NCBI GenBank assembly: GCA_963924565.1
Contig: CAWUQB010000044.1
Span: 1 to 64,000, forward strand
Direction: 5' to 3'
Source: Ascidiella aspersa
Lineage: Eukaryota
DNA length: 64,000 nt
The translations under genes were made by a program, and so were the position numbers. The notes beneath the pieces were generated by a model, which did no database searches, was not told where the DNA came from, and saw only the letters and a program-made list of their open reading frames with translations. This document shows positions 1 through 11,834 of this stretch, piece after piece (within the stretch, counting starts at the first letter, position 1; every line of letters starts with the position of its first letter).

Positions 1-777
1 GTCGGTCATTACTACTCAGGAAAGCACCACAAAGCCGTCAAAGGTATTAACCTCATCACGCTCTATTATACGGACGTCAATGGCTACAGCCTGCCTGTTA
101 ACTTCCGCATCTACAATCCTGTCGATGAAAAGACTAAGAATGACTATTTTGTCGATATGCTGAAAGAAGTGCTGGCATGGGGGCTGAGACCTGCATGTGT
201 TACCGGTGACTCTTGGTATAGCAGTATCGCAAACCTGAAGGCTGTGAAAAACAACGGTCTGGGTTTTATGTTCGCTGTTAAAAGCAACCGTACTGTCTCT
301 ATCCAAAAGGGTGACTATCAACAGGTGCAGAGTCTGGAGATTCCCGAGGAGGGAAGAACTGTATGGCTACGTAACTTTGGTCATGTACGACTCTACCGGA
401 CGCAACTAAAAAACGAGCTGCGCCATTACGTTGTCTATACACCTCATGCTGTAGCAGATCAGTCTTCACGGTCTGATTTTAATCAGCTACATAAAGACCA
501 TTGGGCAATTGAAGAGTATCACCGGGCACTAAAGCAACTCTGCAATATTGAGCGTTTTCAGGTGAGAGGCGAGCGACAGGTCAGGAATCATATTTTTGCT
601 GCTATCTTTGGGTATACCTGCCTTGAGGCCATGAAGCTATCTGAGTCACTCAGAAGTATCTACAGCGTTAAGAAAGATGCACTCAAAGGTGCTATCTGGG
701 ATTTTATAAAAAGCTTCTCTGAAGGGAAAAGTTGGCTCAAACCAGTTTTTCCCGGAGCTGTCAATGCGTAAGTTCTA
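1..777 (+). mobile_element. IS701-family element, 5' end outside window (transposase C-terminal part, ORF track 157-771)
   Basis: GDSWY and HWAIEEYHR DDE motifs; right TIR TGTCAATGCGTAAGTTCTA ends at 777; near-identical to the copy at 50885-53500. Confidence 0.85.
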
Positions 778-792
778 TATTCTATCAGCCAC

Positions 793-825
793 AAAAAAGC
801 CCGCAGTGAAAGCTGCGGGCTTTTT
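793..825 (-). terminator. Intrinsic terminator downstream of infB (bidirectional)
   Basis: AAAAAAGCCCGCAG-tgaaag-CTGCGGGCTTTTT hairpin with A/T tails on both sides. Confidence 0.85.
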
Positions 826-847
826 AGATCAAGCGGCAAGCCATTGA

Positions 848-3502
848 TTACAGCGTACGCTGAACCTCAATCGTCTTGTAGACCTCAATCTTGTCGCCTT
901 CTTTAACGTCGTTGTAGCTCTTAACGGCGATACCACACTCCATGCCGTTACGCACTTCGTTAACATCGTCTTTGTAGCGGCGCAGGGATTCCAATTCACC
1001 TTCGTAGATCACCACGTTATCACGCAGTACGCGGATACGATCATTACGGTAAACAGTGCCTTCAACCACCATACAGCCAGCAACTGCGCCGAATTTCGGT
1101 GAACGGAAGACGTCACGTACTTCAGCTGTACCCACAATTTGCTCGCGGATGTCAGAGCCCAGCATACCACCCAGCGCTTTCTTAACATCGTCAACGATGT
1201 CGTAGATTACACTGTAGTAACGCATATCCAGCTCTTCAGTTTCTACCACTTTACGGGCAGACGCATCAGCACGAACATTGAAGCCAACGATAACCGCGTT
1301 AGAAGCCAGCGCCAGGTTAGCGTCCGTTTCGGTAATACCACCGACACCTCCGGAGATAACCTTCACTTGAACTTCTTCGTTACCCAGCTCTTGCAGGGAA
1401 GACGTCAATGCTTCCAGAGAGCCTCGTACGTCAGCTTTCAGTACGATATTGAGGGCCTTCTTCTCATCTGTACCCATACTAGAGAAAACATTTTCCAGCT
1501 TGGCCGCTTGTTGACGAGCGAGCTTAACCTCACGGAATTTACCCTGACGGAACAAGGCAATTTCACGCGCCTTACGCTCATCCTTAACCACCTGCATCTC
1601 GTCACCGGAGCCCGGTGTTCCATCAAGGCCTAGAATTTCAACAGGGATAGAAGGACCGGCTTCCTTAATAGGCTTACCATTTTCATCCAGCATCGCTCGC
1701 ACACGACCGTACTGCTGACCCACCAGAATGTTCTCACCCTGTTGCAGTTTACCACTCTGTACCAAAACGGTAGCCACCGGACCACGACCACGATCAAGGC
1801 GGGATTCAACAACCACACCATGAGCAGGGCCTTCATCCACCGCTTTCAGCTCTAATACTTCTGCTTGCAGCAGAACCGCTTCCAGCAATTCATCAATACC
1901 GTCACCGGTATGAGCAGATACAGGCATAAACTGTGTGTCGCCACCCCATCCTTCAGGGATAACTCCACGGGCAGACAGTTCATTCTTAACACGATCCGGA
2001 TCAGCGTCAGGCTTATCCATCTTGTTAATGGCAACAACAATCGGTACACCCGCCGCTTTAGCGTGTTGAACCGCTTCTTCGGTCTGAGGCATAACCCCAT
2101 CATCCGCTGCAACCACAAGGATTACGATATCAGTTGCCTGAGCACCACGCGCACGCATAGCCGTAAACGCTGCGTGTCCCGGTGTATCCAGGAAGGAAAC
2201 CATACCGCGCGGCGTGTTTACATGGTATGCACCAATGTGCTGGGTAATACCACCGGCTTCGCCCGCCTGAACACGACTCTTGCGAATGTAGTCCAACAGA
2301 GAGGTTTTACCGTGGTCAACGTGCCCCATGACGGTAACAACTGGCGCTCGCGACTTCTCTTCACCCTGCACTTCAGCTGCCGTGTCTTCAACCAGCGCAT
2401 CCTCAATGGCATCCGCTTTGGTCAGCTTAAATTTGTGGCCCATTTCTTCAACCACAATGGATGCCGTATCCTGATCAATGACCTGGTTGATGGTCACCAT
2501 GGAACCCATCTTGAACATCACCTTGATGACATCAGCGGCTTTAATAGCCATTTTCTGCGCCAGTTCGCTGACGGTGACAGTTTCAGGAATAGAAACCTCA
2601 CGTACAACGGGTGCTGTTGGCTTCGTAAAGCCATGAGCTGACATAGAATCTGGCGTCACTGTTCTGGACTGACGACGCCCCCCTCGACGGTCATCACGAC
2701 CACCGCGACCACCGCGACCACCCTCACGACGTGAACGGTCTTCAAAGTCTCTGCGTTCTTTCTGCTTACCGCGTTTATTACGACTTCTGCGCGTATCATC
2801 TGACGGAGGTGGTGGCGCATCAGCCGGTGCAATCATAGGCCCACGACCCGGACCATCACGGCGCGGCGGACGGGAGTCACCCTGACGCGGCGGACGGGAG
2901 TCACCCTGACGCGGCGGACGGGAGTCACCCTGACGCGGCGGACGGGAATCACCCTGACCCGGCGGACGGGAATCACCCTGACGCGGCGGACGGGAATCAC
3001 CCTGACGCGGCGGATGGGAATCACCCTGACGCGGCGGACGGGAATCACCCTGACGCGGCGGACGGGAATCACCCTGACCCGGCGGACGGGAATCACCCTG
3101 ACCCGGCGGACGGGAGTCACCCTGACGACGAGCGTCGATGCTGCGCTCATCTCTATTGCCGCGTTTTTTATCTGTCTCGGCTTCGTCTTTCTTAACGTAA
3201 GTACGTTTTTTGCGCACTTCAACGTTTACAACTTTATTCTTTCCTGAGTTGCCAGACACCTTCATCTGGCTTACGGTTTTCCGCTTCAGGGTAATTTTGC
3301 CAACGTCAGTGGAGACTTTTGTCCCACCCGTGTGATCACCATGAGCGCTCTTCAAGTGAGCCAGCAGCTTCTGCTTTTCACCATCACTCACAGACTCGGA
3401 TGCATTCTTCTGGGGCAACCCCGCATCCTGCATTTGCTTTAACAACCGCTCGACCGGAGCACCGACCACTGCTGCGAGCTGTTTTACGGTTACTTCTGCC
3501 AT
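848..3502 (-). CDS. infB: Translation initiation factor IF-2
   Basis: [11 protein letters not shown]-terminus; [13 protein letters not shown] and NKMD GTPase motifs; downstream of nusA. Confidence 0.99.
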   Translation of the reverse strand: MAEVTVKQLAAVVGAPVERLLKQMQDAGLPQKNASESVSDGEKQKLLAHLKSAHGDHTGGTKVSTDVGKITLKRKTVSQMKVSGNSGKNKVVNVEVRKKRTYVKKDEAETDKKRGNRDERSIDARRQGDSRPPGQGDSRPPGQGDSRPPRQGDSRPPRQGDSHPPRQGDSRPPRQGDSRPPGQGDSRPPRQGDSRPPRQGDSRPPRQGDSRPPRRDGPGRGPMIAPADAPPPPSDDTRRSRNKRGKQKERRDFEDRSRREGGRGGRGGRDDRRGGRRQSRTVTPDSMSAHGFTKPTAPVVREVSIPETVTVSELAQKMAIKAADVIKVMFKMGSMVTINQVIDQDTASIVVEEMGHKFKLTKADAIEDALVEDTAAEVQGEEKSRAPVVTVMGHVDHGKTSLLDYIRKSRVQAGEAGGITQHIGAYHVNTPRGMVSFLDTPGHAAFTAMRARGAQATDIVILVVAADDGVMPQTEEAVQHAKAAGVPIVVAINKMDKPDADPDRVKNELSARGVIPEGWGGDTQFMPVSAHTGDGIDELLEAVLLQAEVLELKAVDEGPAHGVVVESRLDRGRGPVATVLVQSGKLQQGENILVGQQYGRVRAMLDENGKPIKEAGPSIPVEILGLDGTPGSGDEMQVVKDERKAREIALFRQGKFREVKLARQQAAKLENVFSSMGTDEKKALNIVLKADVRGSLEALTSSLQELGNEEVQVKVISGGVGGITETDANLALASNAVIVGFNVRADASARKVVETEELDMRYYSVIYDIVDDVKKALGGMLGSDIREQIVGTAEVRDVFRSPKFGAVAGCMVVEGTVYRNDRIRVLRDNVVIYEGELESLRRYKDDVNEVRNGMECGIAVKSYNDVKEGDKIEVYKTIEVQRTL
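2861..3124 (-). repeat. In-frame 24-bp tandem repeat x11 in infB, encoding (QGDSRPPR/G)11
   Basis: Counted directly in the DNA and in the translation. Confidence 0.95.
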
Positions 3503-3528
3503 TAACACTTCTCCTCTCAGTGGCCCGC

Positions 3529-5022
3529 TCAGTTACCCGCTTCCTCGAACCAGGGTTTTCGCGCGGTCATAATCAACTCGCCAGCCTGTTTTTCATCTAC
3601 GCCTTCAATATCTAACAGCTCATCAACGGACTGTTCGGCAAGATCTTCCATGGTAATAACACCAAGACTGGCAAGTTCATACGCCAGATCCTTGTTCATA
3701 CCTTCCATCATCAGCAGGTCTTCGGCTGGCTTGGCACCATCAAGCTTTTCTTCCTGGGCAATCGCCTGAGTCAGAAGCTTGTCTTTGGCCTGAGTTTGTA
3801 ATTCATTGGCCAGTTCTTCATCAATGCCTTCAACTTCCAGCATTTCTTCGACCGGCACATAAGCAATCTCTTCCAGTGAAGAGAAGCCTTCTTCAACCAA
3901 GCGCTCTGCCAGATCCTGCTCAACACCAAGAGCATCGACAAAACTTTGTACAACACGACCCGCTTCTTTCTGCTGCTTCTCTGCGGCATCACTTTCGGTC
4001 ATGACGTTCAAATTCCAGCCAGTCAGTTCACTGGCCAACCTAACATTCTGACCGTTACGTCCAATCGCCTGAGCCAGATTATCTTCTGCAACAGCAATAT
4101 CCATCGAATCCGAGTCTTCATCAACAACGATGGAAGCAACCTCTGCGGGCTGCATGGCATTAACAACATACTGAACGGGGTTTTCATCCCACAGTACGAT
4201 ATCAACACGCTCATTACCGAGTTCGCCTGATACTGCCTGAACCCGTGCACCACGCATACCCACGCAAGCGCCAACCGGATCAATACGACCATCATTAGTC
4301 TTGACCGCAATTTTAGCGCGCAGTCCCGGATCCCGAGCCGCATCTTTGATTTCAATAACCTCTTCAGAGATTTCAGGCACTTCTATTCGAAAGAGTTCAA
4401 TCAGCATTTCAGGGCAGGCACGGGACAGCATCAACTGAGGGCCGCGTCCTTCGGTAGAAATCTCATTGAGCAAAGCGCGAACACGAGCACCAACTCTGAA
4501 GTTTTCGCGAGGCAGCATCTGATCTTTGCGCATGACCGCCTCGGCATTGTTGCCCAGATCAATAATAATGTTATCTCTGGTGGTCTTCTTAACCGTACCG
4601 GAAATCAGCTCACCGAGCTTATCACGGTAAGTTTCAACCATTTGCAGGCGCTCAGCTTCTCGAACCTTCTGAACGATAACCTGCTTTGCTGTCTGCGCGG
4701 CAATCCGGCCAAAGGCTACAGACTCCACCCACTCTTCCCAAATGCCACCAGTTTCAATATCAGTTTCTTTTTCCTGCCCTTCGTCCAACGTCAGGTGCAT
4801 ACCGGGAAATTCGAAATCCTCATCAGCCACAACCGTCCACCGACGGAAAGTCTCGTACTCGCCAGTGCTGCGGTCAATAGCCACACGGATATCGACCTCG
4901 CTCTCGTAGCGTTTTTTGGTCGCGGTAGCCAGTGCTATTTCAATCGCCTCGAAGATAACTCCGGGCGGCACTCCTTTCTCATTGGATACGGACTCTACGA
5001 CCAACAGAATCTCTTTACTCAT
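3529..5022 (-). CDS. nusA: Transcription termination/antitermination factor NusA
   Basis: [30 protein letters not shown]1/KH domains, [11 protein letters not shown]. Confidence 0.99.
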   Translation of the reverse strand: MSKEILLVVESVSNEKGVPPGVIFEAIEIALATATKKRYESEVDIRVAIDRSTGEYETFRRWTVVADEDFEFPGMHLTLDEGQEKETDIETGGIWEEWVESVAFGRIAAQTAKQVIVQKVREAERLQMVETYRDKLGELISGTVKKTTRDNIIIDLGNNAEAVMRKDQMLPRENFRVGARVRALLNEISTEGRGPQLMLSRACPEMLIELFRIEVPEISEEVIEIKDAARDPGLRAKIAVKTNDGRIDPVGACVGMRGARVQAVSGELGNERVDIVLWDENPVQYVVNAMQPAEVASIVVDEDSDSMDIAVAEDNLAQAIGRNGQNVRLASELTGWNLNVMTESDAAEKQQKEAGRVVQSFVDALGVEQDLAERLVEEGFSSLEEIAYVPVEEMLEVEGIDEELANELQTQAKDKLLTQAIAQEEKLDGAKPAEDLLMMEGMNKDLAYELASLGVITMEDLAEQSVDELLDIEGVDEKQAGELIMTARKPWFEEAGN

Positions 5023-5109
5023 GCTCTGCCTCGCCTATGCTGAACCAGTCCATGCTTATGCCAATACTTCTCTGGCCGCAAACCGGTACTAACGTCCGGC
5101 CTGAAAACT

Positions 5110-5568
5110 TCAGTCGAACTGTGGTATTACCTGTGCCTTTTCGATACTTTCGATCGGCAACAGAAGCTCGTGACCATCGGCCACAATAACAACATCCTGA
5201 TCCTCAACTCCCTTAATCAATCCGCGATACCTCCTGCGTCCCTCAAAAGGAACTCGTAAACGGAGTGATACTTCTGCACCAGTCCAGGCTTTATAATGCT
5301 CAAGCCTGAATAATGGGCGATCCATACCAGGAGAAGAGACCTCAAGGGTGTACTCTTCAGAGATAGGCTCTTCAACATCAAAGACACTGCTCACTTGACG
5401 ACTGACTTTTTCACAGTCCTCAAGAGTGACCCCATCATCACTATCAATATAAATTCGAAGTAGTGAATGACGTCCCTGGGACATAAATTCAATACCCCAA
5501 AGGCGATACTCGAGCGACGAAACGATCGGCTCAACCATCGCCTCCAGCTGCGACTGCTTACCTGCCAC
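5110..5568 (-). CDS. rimP: Ribosome maturation factor RimP
   Basis: YTLEVSSPGMDRPL motif; upstream of nusA. Confidence 0.97.
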   Translation of the reverse strand: MAGKQSQLEAMVEPIVSSLEYRLWGIEFMSQGRHSLLRIYIDSDDGVTLEDCEKVSRQVSSVFDVEEPISEEYTLEVSSPGMDRPLFRLEHYKAWTGAEVSLRLRVPFEGRRRYRGLIKGVEDQDVVIVADGHELLLPIESIEKAQVIPQFD

Positions 5569-5682
5569 GACTGAAATACCTGTTTATAAAAACAAAAAAA
5601 GGGCTACGAAAGCCCTGTGCTGAATGCAACAAAAGCCCAACAAAGTGGACTTATGCTGCATTAAATAATGGCACCACCTAAT

Positions 5683-5707
5683 AAAAAACCCCACAAAGGG
5701 GGTTTTT
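5683..5707 (-). terminator. Terminator-like hairpin after tRNA-fMet
   Basis: AAAAAACCCC-acaaa-GGGGGTTTTT. Confidence 0.7.
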
Positions 5708-5710
5708 ATT

Positions 5711-5736
5711 TGGTAGCGGGGGCTGGATTTGAACCA

Positions 5737-5770
<34 letters not shown>

Positions 5771-5787
5771 TACTGCTCCACCCCGCA
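5711..5787 (-). tRNA. metY: Initiator tRNA-fMet (CAT)
   Basis: Reverse complement TGCGGGGTGGAGCAG...GGGCTCATAACCC...CCCCGCTACCA; three G-C pairs in the anticodon stem, unpaired 1:72; metY-rimP-nusA-infB synteny. Confidence 0.95.
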
Positions 5788-5844
5788 TCAAAGCATTACC
5801 AGTATAACGGTGACAACCGAAACTGACAAACATTCTATATATCT

Positions 5845-5931
5845 TGGTGCCGAAGGCGGGACTTGAACCCGCACGCCCATTAGAGCACCACCCCCTCAAG
5901 ATGGCGTGTCTACCAATTCCACCACTTCGGC
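5845..5931 (-). tRNA. tRNA-Leu (GAG)
   Basis: GCCGAAGTGGTGGAATTGGTAGACACG...TTGAGGG...GGTTCAAGTCC...CACCA with a long variable arm; follows secG. Confidence 0.95.
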
Positions 5932-5983
5932 CAAATTCTTACGCCCACTTATCACACTAAAAGCAGGACGTTGAAACAGATAA

Positions 5984-6400
5984 TTACTTACCCGTAGATT
6001 CACTCAAACCTTTAACTGGCTCAGTGCTTTCAACCGGTTGCGACATTATCACAGGAGCATCACCATTAACAGCATTTTCTTCAGTGTTTTCAACAGCTAT
6101 TGGCGAATCGCCAGCAATCTGCTCTTCTACAACAACCGAAGGAATGCCTGCACCGGCAACTGCATCAGCCTTGTTTCTGGCCATCATAGCCAAACCAAAA
6201 CTGGTCAGAAAAAACACCGTTGCGAGAACCGCCGTCACTCTACTTAAAAAGCTGGCAGAACCCTGACTCCCAAACACTGTTTGAGAGGCACCAGAACCAA
6301 AGCTTGCACCGGCCTCAGCACCTTTGCCCTGCTGAATCAGAATCATCCCGATTACAGCAGCGGCAACCAAAACATGAACAACAAGAATTATTGTTTCCAT
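5984..6400 (-). CDS. secG: Preprotein translocase subunit SecG
   Basis: LIQQGKGAEAGASFGSGASQTVFGS motif; start taken at METII. Confidence 0.97.
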   Translation of the reverse strand: METIILVVHVLVAAAVIGMILIQQGKGAEAGASFGSGASQTVFGSQGSASFLSRVTAVLATVFFLTSFGLAMMARNKADAVAGAGIPSVVVEEQIAGDSPIAVENTEENAVNGDAPVIMSQPVESTEPVKGLSESTGK

Positions 6401-6402
6401 CG

Positions 6403-7149
6403 CTATCCCGCAGCGTGACAAATCGCCTTAAAATCTTCAGCGACTAACGAAGCACCACCAATTAGACCGCCATCCACATCTGACCGCGCCATCAGCTCAG
6501 CTGCATTAGCTGCTTTCATGCTGCCACCATACAGTATCCGCGTCCTCTGAGCCATACCCCCATCCATATGAGAGAGTAGCCTGCGAATATCTGCATGCAC
6601 TTCCTGAGCCTGTTCAGGCGTTGCAGTCAGACCCGTACCGATAGCCCATACCGGCTCATAAGCAATAACAAAGTTATCCAGACGCTTAGAGCCCGCTTTT
6701 TCAAGCACCGCTTCGATCTGCCGAGTGACCACATCCATAGTAGCATCTGCTTCGCGCTCTTCCAGTATTTCTCCAACACAAAGTATCGGAGTAACACCCT
6801 GATCAACCAAAGCACAAAATTTTCCGGCAACATCCAGATCGGTCTCACCATAAAGAGACCGACGTTCAGAGTGACCAATGATTGCGTATTCACAACCGAG
6901 ATCTTTCGCCATTACGGGAGACGTTTCCCCGGTAAAAGCACCTGCATTCTTATCAGATACATTCTGCACACCCCATTTAATGGATGTGTGATTGAGCTTC
7001 TCACGCACTTGCTGCACATAAATTGCAGGAGGACAAACCAACACCTCGGCCTTTGTATTCAGCCCAGAAACCAAACCATCGAGAAGTTCCCGAATACTTT
7101 TGGAAGAACCATTCATCTTCCAGTTTCCAGCTACTAATGGCAGACGCAT
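6403..7149 (-). CDS. tpiA: Triosephosphate isomerase
   Basis: AGNWKMNG, GHSERR, AYEPVWAIGTG, LIGGASL. Confidence 0.99.
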   Translation of the reverse strand: MRLPLVAGNWKMNGSSKSIRELLDGLVSGLNTKAEVLVCPPAIYVQQVREKLNHTSIKWGVQNVSDKNAGAFTGETSPVMAKDLGCEYAIIGHSERRSLYGETDLDVAGKFCALVDQGVTPILCVGEILEEREADATMDVVTRQIEAVLEKAGSKRLDNFVIAYEPVWAIGTGLTATPEQAQEVHADIRRLLSHMDGGMAQRTRILYGGSMKAANAAELMARSDVDGGLIGGASLVAEDFKAICHAAG

Positions 7150-7305
7150 GCTGATCACCTCATCAATCGCAAGGCGCGCATCATAACCTAGACGACAATC
7201 TGAGACAACTCAAATACTCGATGCTGCACTGAGCACTTTGGACATAAATTGCTAACATTTGCTCAGCGAAGTCATTAAATACGTTAATCACTGTCTGGCT
7301 ATCAA

Positions 7306-7468
7306 TAAGTAGCTAACCACATGAAATCGAATAGTCTGACTTCTTGCTCAGGCGCTTTACTTCGTTACAGCTCCGGTAACATAGCTACGGCTATGCGCCC
7401 TACACTGTGCCTTGTATAGCACCTGATCAAAAAGCCAGAATATTCGATTCCATATGATCAACTACTTA
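7306..7468 (-). mobile_element. MITE-A copy (163 bp including flanking TA)
   Basis: TAAGTAGCTAACC...GATCAACTACTTA, long imperfect palindrome. Confidence 0.9.
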
Positions 7469-8054
7469 ATCCCAATAACGGGATAATAAAACAAATCATG
7501 GCTCCGGCTCATAAACCTCAGTACGTTGATGCGCTTACTCTTTAAAGCAGGTATTCGAAGTTGCTCTTCCTTGGGCTGCCAAGGGTAAGGCACAGAAGGC
7601 TCTTGTGAGAATCTGGATTCATCGAGCAAGACAAAACTTCGGCTTGCTTTACCGTTGTCAGGGAAAAACGCAGAAGGGGTGAGGAAAGCAATGATCAAAG
7701 CGCTTACCCCCTTAAAATGTTTTGTAAAAACGATAACATACGACAATGGTATAGAGTGTGCTGAGCATGAACAGGTGGCTAAATCTTTGGGTTGTAATAG
7801 CTATTTTGCTGCGCCATATCACTCGTGGGAACGAGGTCAAAACGAGAACGCCAATGGTCTTCTCAGACAATATTTTCCAAAGTCGATGGGGCTTGATAAT
7901 CTCAGTGAGCGTGAAGTTGTCATTGCGGTAGATAAGCTAAACAGCAGACCAAGGAAGTGTCTTGGCTACCAAACACCTTATGAGGCATTTCAAAAGCTAA
8001 CCGGAGTGGATGCTAGAAAACTTATGGGTTATGCGCTTGTTACTTGAATTCAGC
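7469..8054. pseudogene. Fused remnants of an IS630 transposase (- strand, 7469-7625) and the 3' part of an IS30 transposase with its TIR (+ strand, 7626-8054)
   Basis: DES.FSQEPSVPY.W (IS630); TYDNG.E, PYHSWERGQNENANGLLRQYFPK and RPRKCLG (IS30); matches 20695-21120. Confidence 0.85.
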
Positions 8055-8191
8055 CCATTTAATCTTCCTTAGATTACACCAAATTCAAATACCAGCAGAT
8101 CATCCACTAAGTACTATTTGCAATTACAAAACACTAAAACTAACAAGTCCTGATACATAGTCTATCCAAACACTCTCATTAAGCAGCTACA

Positions 8192-8281
8192 GATACATGC
8201 GATACATGCGATACATGCGATACATGCGATACATGCGATACATGCGATACATGCGATACATGCGATACATGCGATACATGC
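8192..8281. repeat. Perfect 9-bp tandem repeat (GATACATGC)x10 upstream of arcA
   Basis: Counted directly. Confidence 0.95.
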
Positions 8282-8423
8282 CGTGAATATCATTGTAAAT
8301 AGTGGAGATGAAGTATAGAAACACAAAAAAAACTTACTATAAAAAATACGTAAGACTACCTATTGAGCAAACCTCAACCAGCAACAACACTTTTTAGCGA
8401 TATAATCTATCAAGGGACAACAA

Positions 8424-9647
8424 ATGTCGCAGCTCAGTGTAGGTTCAGAGATTGGTCAACTAAGACAAGTCATCGTTCACCGTCCAGAGCTGGCGCTCAA
8501 ACGACTAACACCGTCTAACTGCGAGGATCTGCTGTTTGATGACGTACTTAGGGTAGAGAATGCCGGGGAAGAGCATGACGCTTTTCAAACCATACTAAAA
8601 GATAATGACGTCGACGTCTTGTTGCTCCACACACTACTTGCAGAAACGCTTGCTATACCCGAAGCCAAACAATGGTTAACAGACCGACAATTCACAGCCT
8701 GGCGCTATGGCTCGGCGCTACAAAAAGAAGTATTAGCCGCACTCGATGATATGAATTTTAATGACATGGCCTATCATTTGATTGGCGGAATGACGGTCAG
8801 CGAACTGGGATCGCCTCCCCACAGCCTCACTCTCAGCACACTGCGTAACACCGACTTTGTGATTGACCCTATTCCCAATCACCTGTTTACAAGAGACACA
8901 TCCTGCTGGATATACGGTGGCGTATCACTCAACCCAATGGCAAAAAAAGCCCGACAAAGAGAAACAATTCATCTGCATGCGATTTACAAATTCCATCCTA
9001 AATTTGAGTCAGCTCACTTTATCACCTACTACGGAAGTGAAGATATAAACTATGACCGTGCGACTATAGAAGGCGGAGACATACTGGTCATTGGTAAAGG
9101 AACAGTGCTGATTGGCCTGTCAGAGCGAACGTCACCACAAGGGGCTGAAAATCTTGCACAGGCATTACTAAAAACCAGACAGGCTAAAAGAATCATTGTC
9201 ATAAAACTACCCAAAGAACGCAGCTGCATGCACCTGGATACTGTTTTTACGCATATGACACATGACTGCTTCAGCTATTATCCCGGTGTAAACCTTGACT
9301 CCAGCCCCTGCTGGGAACTATTCCTGAGGGATAACAACACCGTTGTAGCAGAGTCTGTCCAGCACGGATTATTCAGAACCCTTGCCAATGCTCTCGACAT
9401 TGATCATTTACGGATGATTCCAACAGGTGGCGATGTATTTGAGTCTGAGCGGGAACAGTGGAACGATGCTAATAACGTGCTCGCAATAAAACCGGGTACG
9501 ATCATTGGCTACGAGCGCAATATCCATACATTAGAGAAAATGGATAAGGCTGGCATTGAAGTTCTGACGATTCCGGGAGAAGACCTCGGCAGAGGTCGTG
9601 GCGGACCTCGCTGCATGAGCTGCCCGATTCAAAGAGACGGTATTTGA
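8424..9647 (+). CDS. arcA: Arginine deiminase
   Basis: SEIGQLRQVIVHRP, FTRD, EGGD, MHLDTV, GRGGPRCMSCP. Confidence 0.98.
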   Translation: MSQLSVGSEIGQLRQVIVHRPELALKRLTPSNCEDLLFDDVLRVENAGEEHDAFQTILKDNDVDVLLLHTLLAETLAIPEAKQWLTDRQFTAWRYGSALQKEVLAALDDMNFNDMAYHLIGGMTVSELGSPPHSLTLSTLRNTDFVIDPIPNHLFTRDTSCWIYGGVSLNPMAKKARQRETIHLHAIYKFHPKFESAHFITYYGSEDINYDRATIEGGDILVIGKGTVLIGLSERTSPQGAENLAQALLKTRQAKRIIVIKLPKERSCMHLDTVFTHMTHDCFSYYPGVNLDSSPCWELFLRDNNTVVAESVQHGLFRTLANALDIDHLRMIPTGGDVFESEREQWNDANNVLAIKPGTIIGYERNIHTLEKMDKAGIEVLTIPGEDLGRGRGGPRCMSCPIQRDGI

Positions 9648-9701
9648 AGAAAACCCGTCTACACTACAACTTTCTAATATATTCAGTCTGAGGCGACGAT
9701 A

Positions 9702-10706
9702 ATGACGTTTAATCTTCGGAATCGCAACTTCCTCAAACTATTGGATTTCAGTCCAAAAGAAATACAGTTCTTGCTAGATCTTTCCAGAGATTTAAAACGC
9801 GCCAAATACGCAGGCTCAGAACAACAGCACCTCAAAGGAAAAAATATCGTTCTGATTTTTGAGAAAACATCTACACGAACTCGCTGTGCCTTTGAGGTCG
9901 CCGCCTTTGATCAGGGTGCGAATATAACATTTATCAGTAGCGGCTCTCAAATGGGCCATAAAGAATCAGTCAAGGATACTGCTCGCGTTCTGGGCAGAAT
10001 GTACGACGGTATTGAGTTTCGTGGTTTTTCACAGGACGCAGTAGAAGCGCTTGGAGAATATTCAAGCGTCCCAGTATGGAATGGCTTAACAGATCAATGG
10101 CACCCCACTCAGATTCTTGCTGACTTTCTTACAATGATTGAGCATGGACAAGGAAAAAATCTTAACGAAATGGAGCTCTGCTATCTTGGAGATGGTAAAA
10201 ACAACGTGGGCAACTCCCTTCTGGTGGGCTGCGCCAAAATGGGTGTTAACTTCTCTATTGCCGCTCCCCGTGGCTATTATCCTGATCAGCACCTTATAAA
10301 CCAGTGCAACACACTGGCAGAACAGTCAGGCGCTCAAATCCAATTGACTGACAATGTAGGTAATGCAGTAAAAGGTGCTGATTTTTTGTACGGCGACGTA
10401 TGGGTATCTATGGGAGACCCCAAAGAAGCCTGGAAAGATCGCATCAATCTAATGAAACCTTTTCAGGTTACGATGGATGTAATGCGTAAAATAGGCAACC
10501 CTAACGTGAAGTACATGCACTGTCTCCCTGCCTTCCACAACGATGAAACGATTATTGGCAAGGAAATAGGTGCGGCTTACGGCATGAGCAATGGACTGGA
10601 AGTGACCGAAGACGTTTTTGAGTCTGAATACTGTATTGCATTTGATGAGGCTGAAAACCGTATGCACACGATTAAAGCGGTTATGATTGCAACACTGGGT
10701 CATTAA
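9702..10706 (+). CDS. arcB: Ornithine carbamoyltransferase (catabolic, by context)
   Basis: [23 protein letters not shown] motifs. Confidence 0.95.
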   Translation: MTFNLRNRNFLKLLDFSPKEIQFLLDLSRDLKRAKYAGSEQQHLKGKNIVLIFEKTSTRTRCAFEVAAFDQGANITFISSGSQMGHKESVKDTARVLGRMYDGIEFRGFSQDAVEALGEYSSVPVWNGLTDQWHPTQILADFLTMIEHGQGKNLNEMELCYLGDGKNNVGNSLLVGCAKMGVNFSIAAPRGYYPDQHLINQCNTLAEQSGAQIQLTDNVGNAVKGADFLYGDVWVSMGDPKEAWKDRINLMKPFQVTMDVMRKIGNPNVKYMHCLPAFHNDETIIGKEIGAAYGMSNGLEVTEDVFESEYCIAFDEAENRMHTIKAVMIATLGH

Positions 10707-10727
10707 ATTTCTAAAAAACAACATTCA

Positions 10728-10789
10728 TAAGTAGCGGGCACTATGGAAACGAATAATCTGGCTTTTTGATTTCATGTGGTTAGCTACTT
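10728..10789 (+). mobile_element. Internally deleted, degenerate MITE-A in the arcB-arcC spacer
   Basis: TAAGTAG...TCTGGCTTTTTGATTTCATGTGGTTAGCTACTT. Confidence 0.75.
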
Positions 10790-10809
10790 CTTAATGTCCG
10801 AGGTGAAAC

Positions 10810-11742
10810 ATGCTCGTTGTAATCGCCCTTGGGGGCAATGCTATTTTACAAAGAAACCAACCATTGGAAGCGCACCTTCAAAGAGAGAATATCCGCAAGG
10901 CGGCTGAGTCAATTGCTAAAGTAGCGCGTAAACATCAAGTTATTCTCACCCATGGCAATGGACCTCAAGTTGGCCTGCTTGCACTCATGAACGAGGCTTA
11001 CAAAGACGTCAACTCCTATCCTTTGGACGCCCTGGGAGCACAGACTCAAGGAATGATAGGCTTTATATTCGAGCAAGAACTAAGGAATTTTATGCCCGGG
11101 CACAAAGTCTGCACTGTGGTAACTCAGACAGTTGTCAGTATCGACGACCCTGCTTTCCAATACCCGGATAAATTTGTGGGTCCCGTTTATAGCCAGGAAG
11201 AGGCCAGACTGCTCAGCCAGTCCAATCCGGACTGGACGATTAAACCCGACGGTAGCTACTACCGGCGAGTTGTACCATCACCACAACCTCAAGCGATACT
11301 GGAGCTATCGTCTTTGAAGCATATTGTTTCTTCCGGCGACATTACGTTAATTTGTGGTGGAGGTGGCGGCATTCCGGTCATCCGCACCCATGATAACAAA
11401 CTGCAGGGGGTGGAAGCCGTTATTGATAAGGATAGAGCGTCAGCCGTTTTAGCTGAAGAATTAGGCGCAGAAGGGCTCATACTCTTAACGGATATCCCGG
11501 CAGTAGAAACTCACTTTGGTCAACCCAGCTCAAGAAAAATTCGCAGCGCTACGCCGGATGCATTTGAACAATTGCCTTTTGCTGCTGGCAGTATGGCGCC
11601 AAAAGTAGATTCGGTCTGTCGTTTTGTACGCGCTGGCGGAAAATTTGGCGCTATTGGCGCTCTGGATAAAGCGCTGGAAATTATGCAAAGAGAGTCAGGT
11701 ACTTTTGTGGAGCAAAGCGAAACCGACATTCGTTACTATTAA
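10810..11742 (+). CDS. arcC: Carbamate kinase
   Basis: ALGGNA, THGNGPQVG, GGGGIPV, EAVIDKD, GSMAPKV. Confidence 0.98.
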   Translation: MLVVIALGGNAILQRNQPLEAHLQRENIRKAAESIAKVARKHQVILTHGNGPQVGLLALMNEAYKDVNSYPLDALGAQTQGMIGFIFEQELRNFMPGHKVCTVVTQTVVSIDDPAFQYPDKFVGPVYSQEEARLLSQSNPDWTIKPDGSYYRRVVPSPQPQAILELSSLKHIVSSGDITLICGGGGGIPVIRTHDNKLQGVEAVIDKDRASAVLAEELGAEGLILLTDIPAVETHFGQPSSRKIRSATPDAFEQLPFAAGSMAPKVDSVCRFVRAGGKFGAIGALDKALEIMQRESGTFVEQSETDIRYY

Positions 11743-11834
11743 AGGAAAACTATCACAAACGAGCATTCGCCACAGAGAGCACAGAAAAAACCTTATTTGA
11801 AGCAAAAATGCTGAGTTCTCTGTGCCTGCGTGAC

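Noticed and set aside
2833-3247. (PVRRVRVI)n and (TGITLTRR)n ORFs
   Set aside because: Shadow frames of the infB minisatellite
5711-5931. tRNA-anchored prophage or genomic island
   Set aside because: No integrase or duplicated tRNA 3' end seen; flanking genes are in normal order
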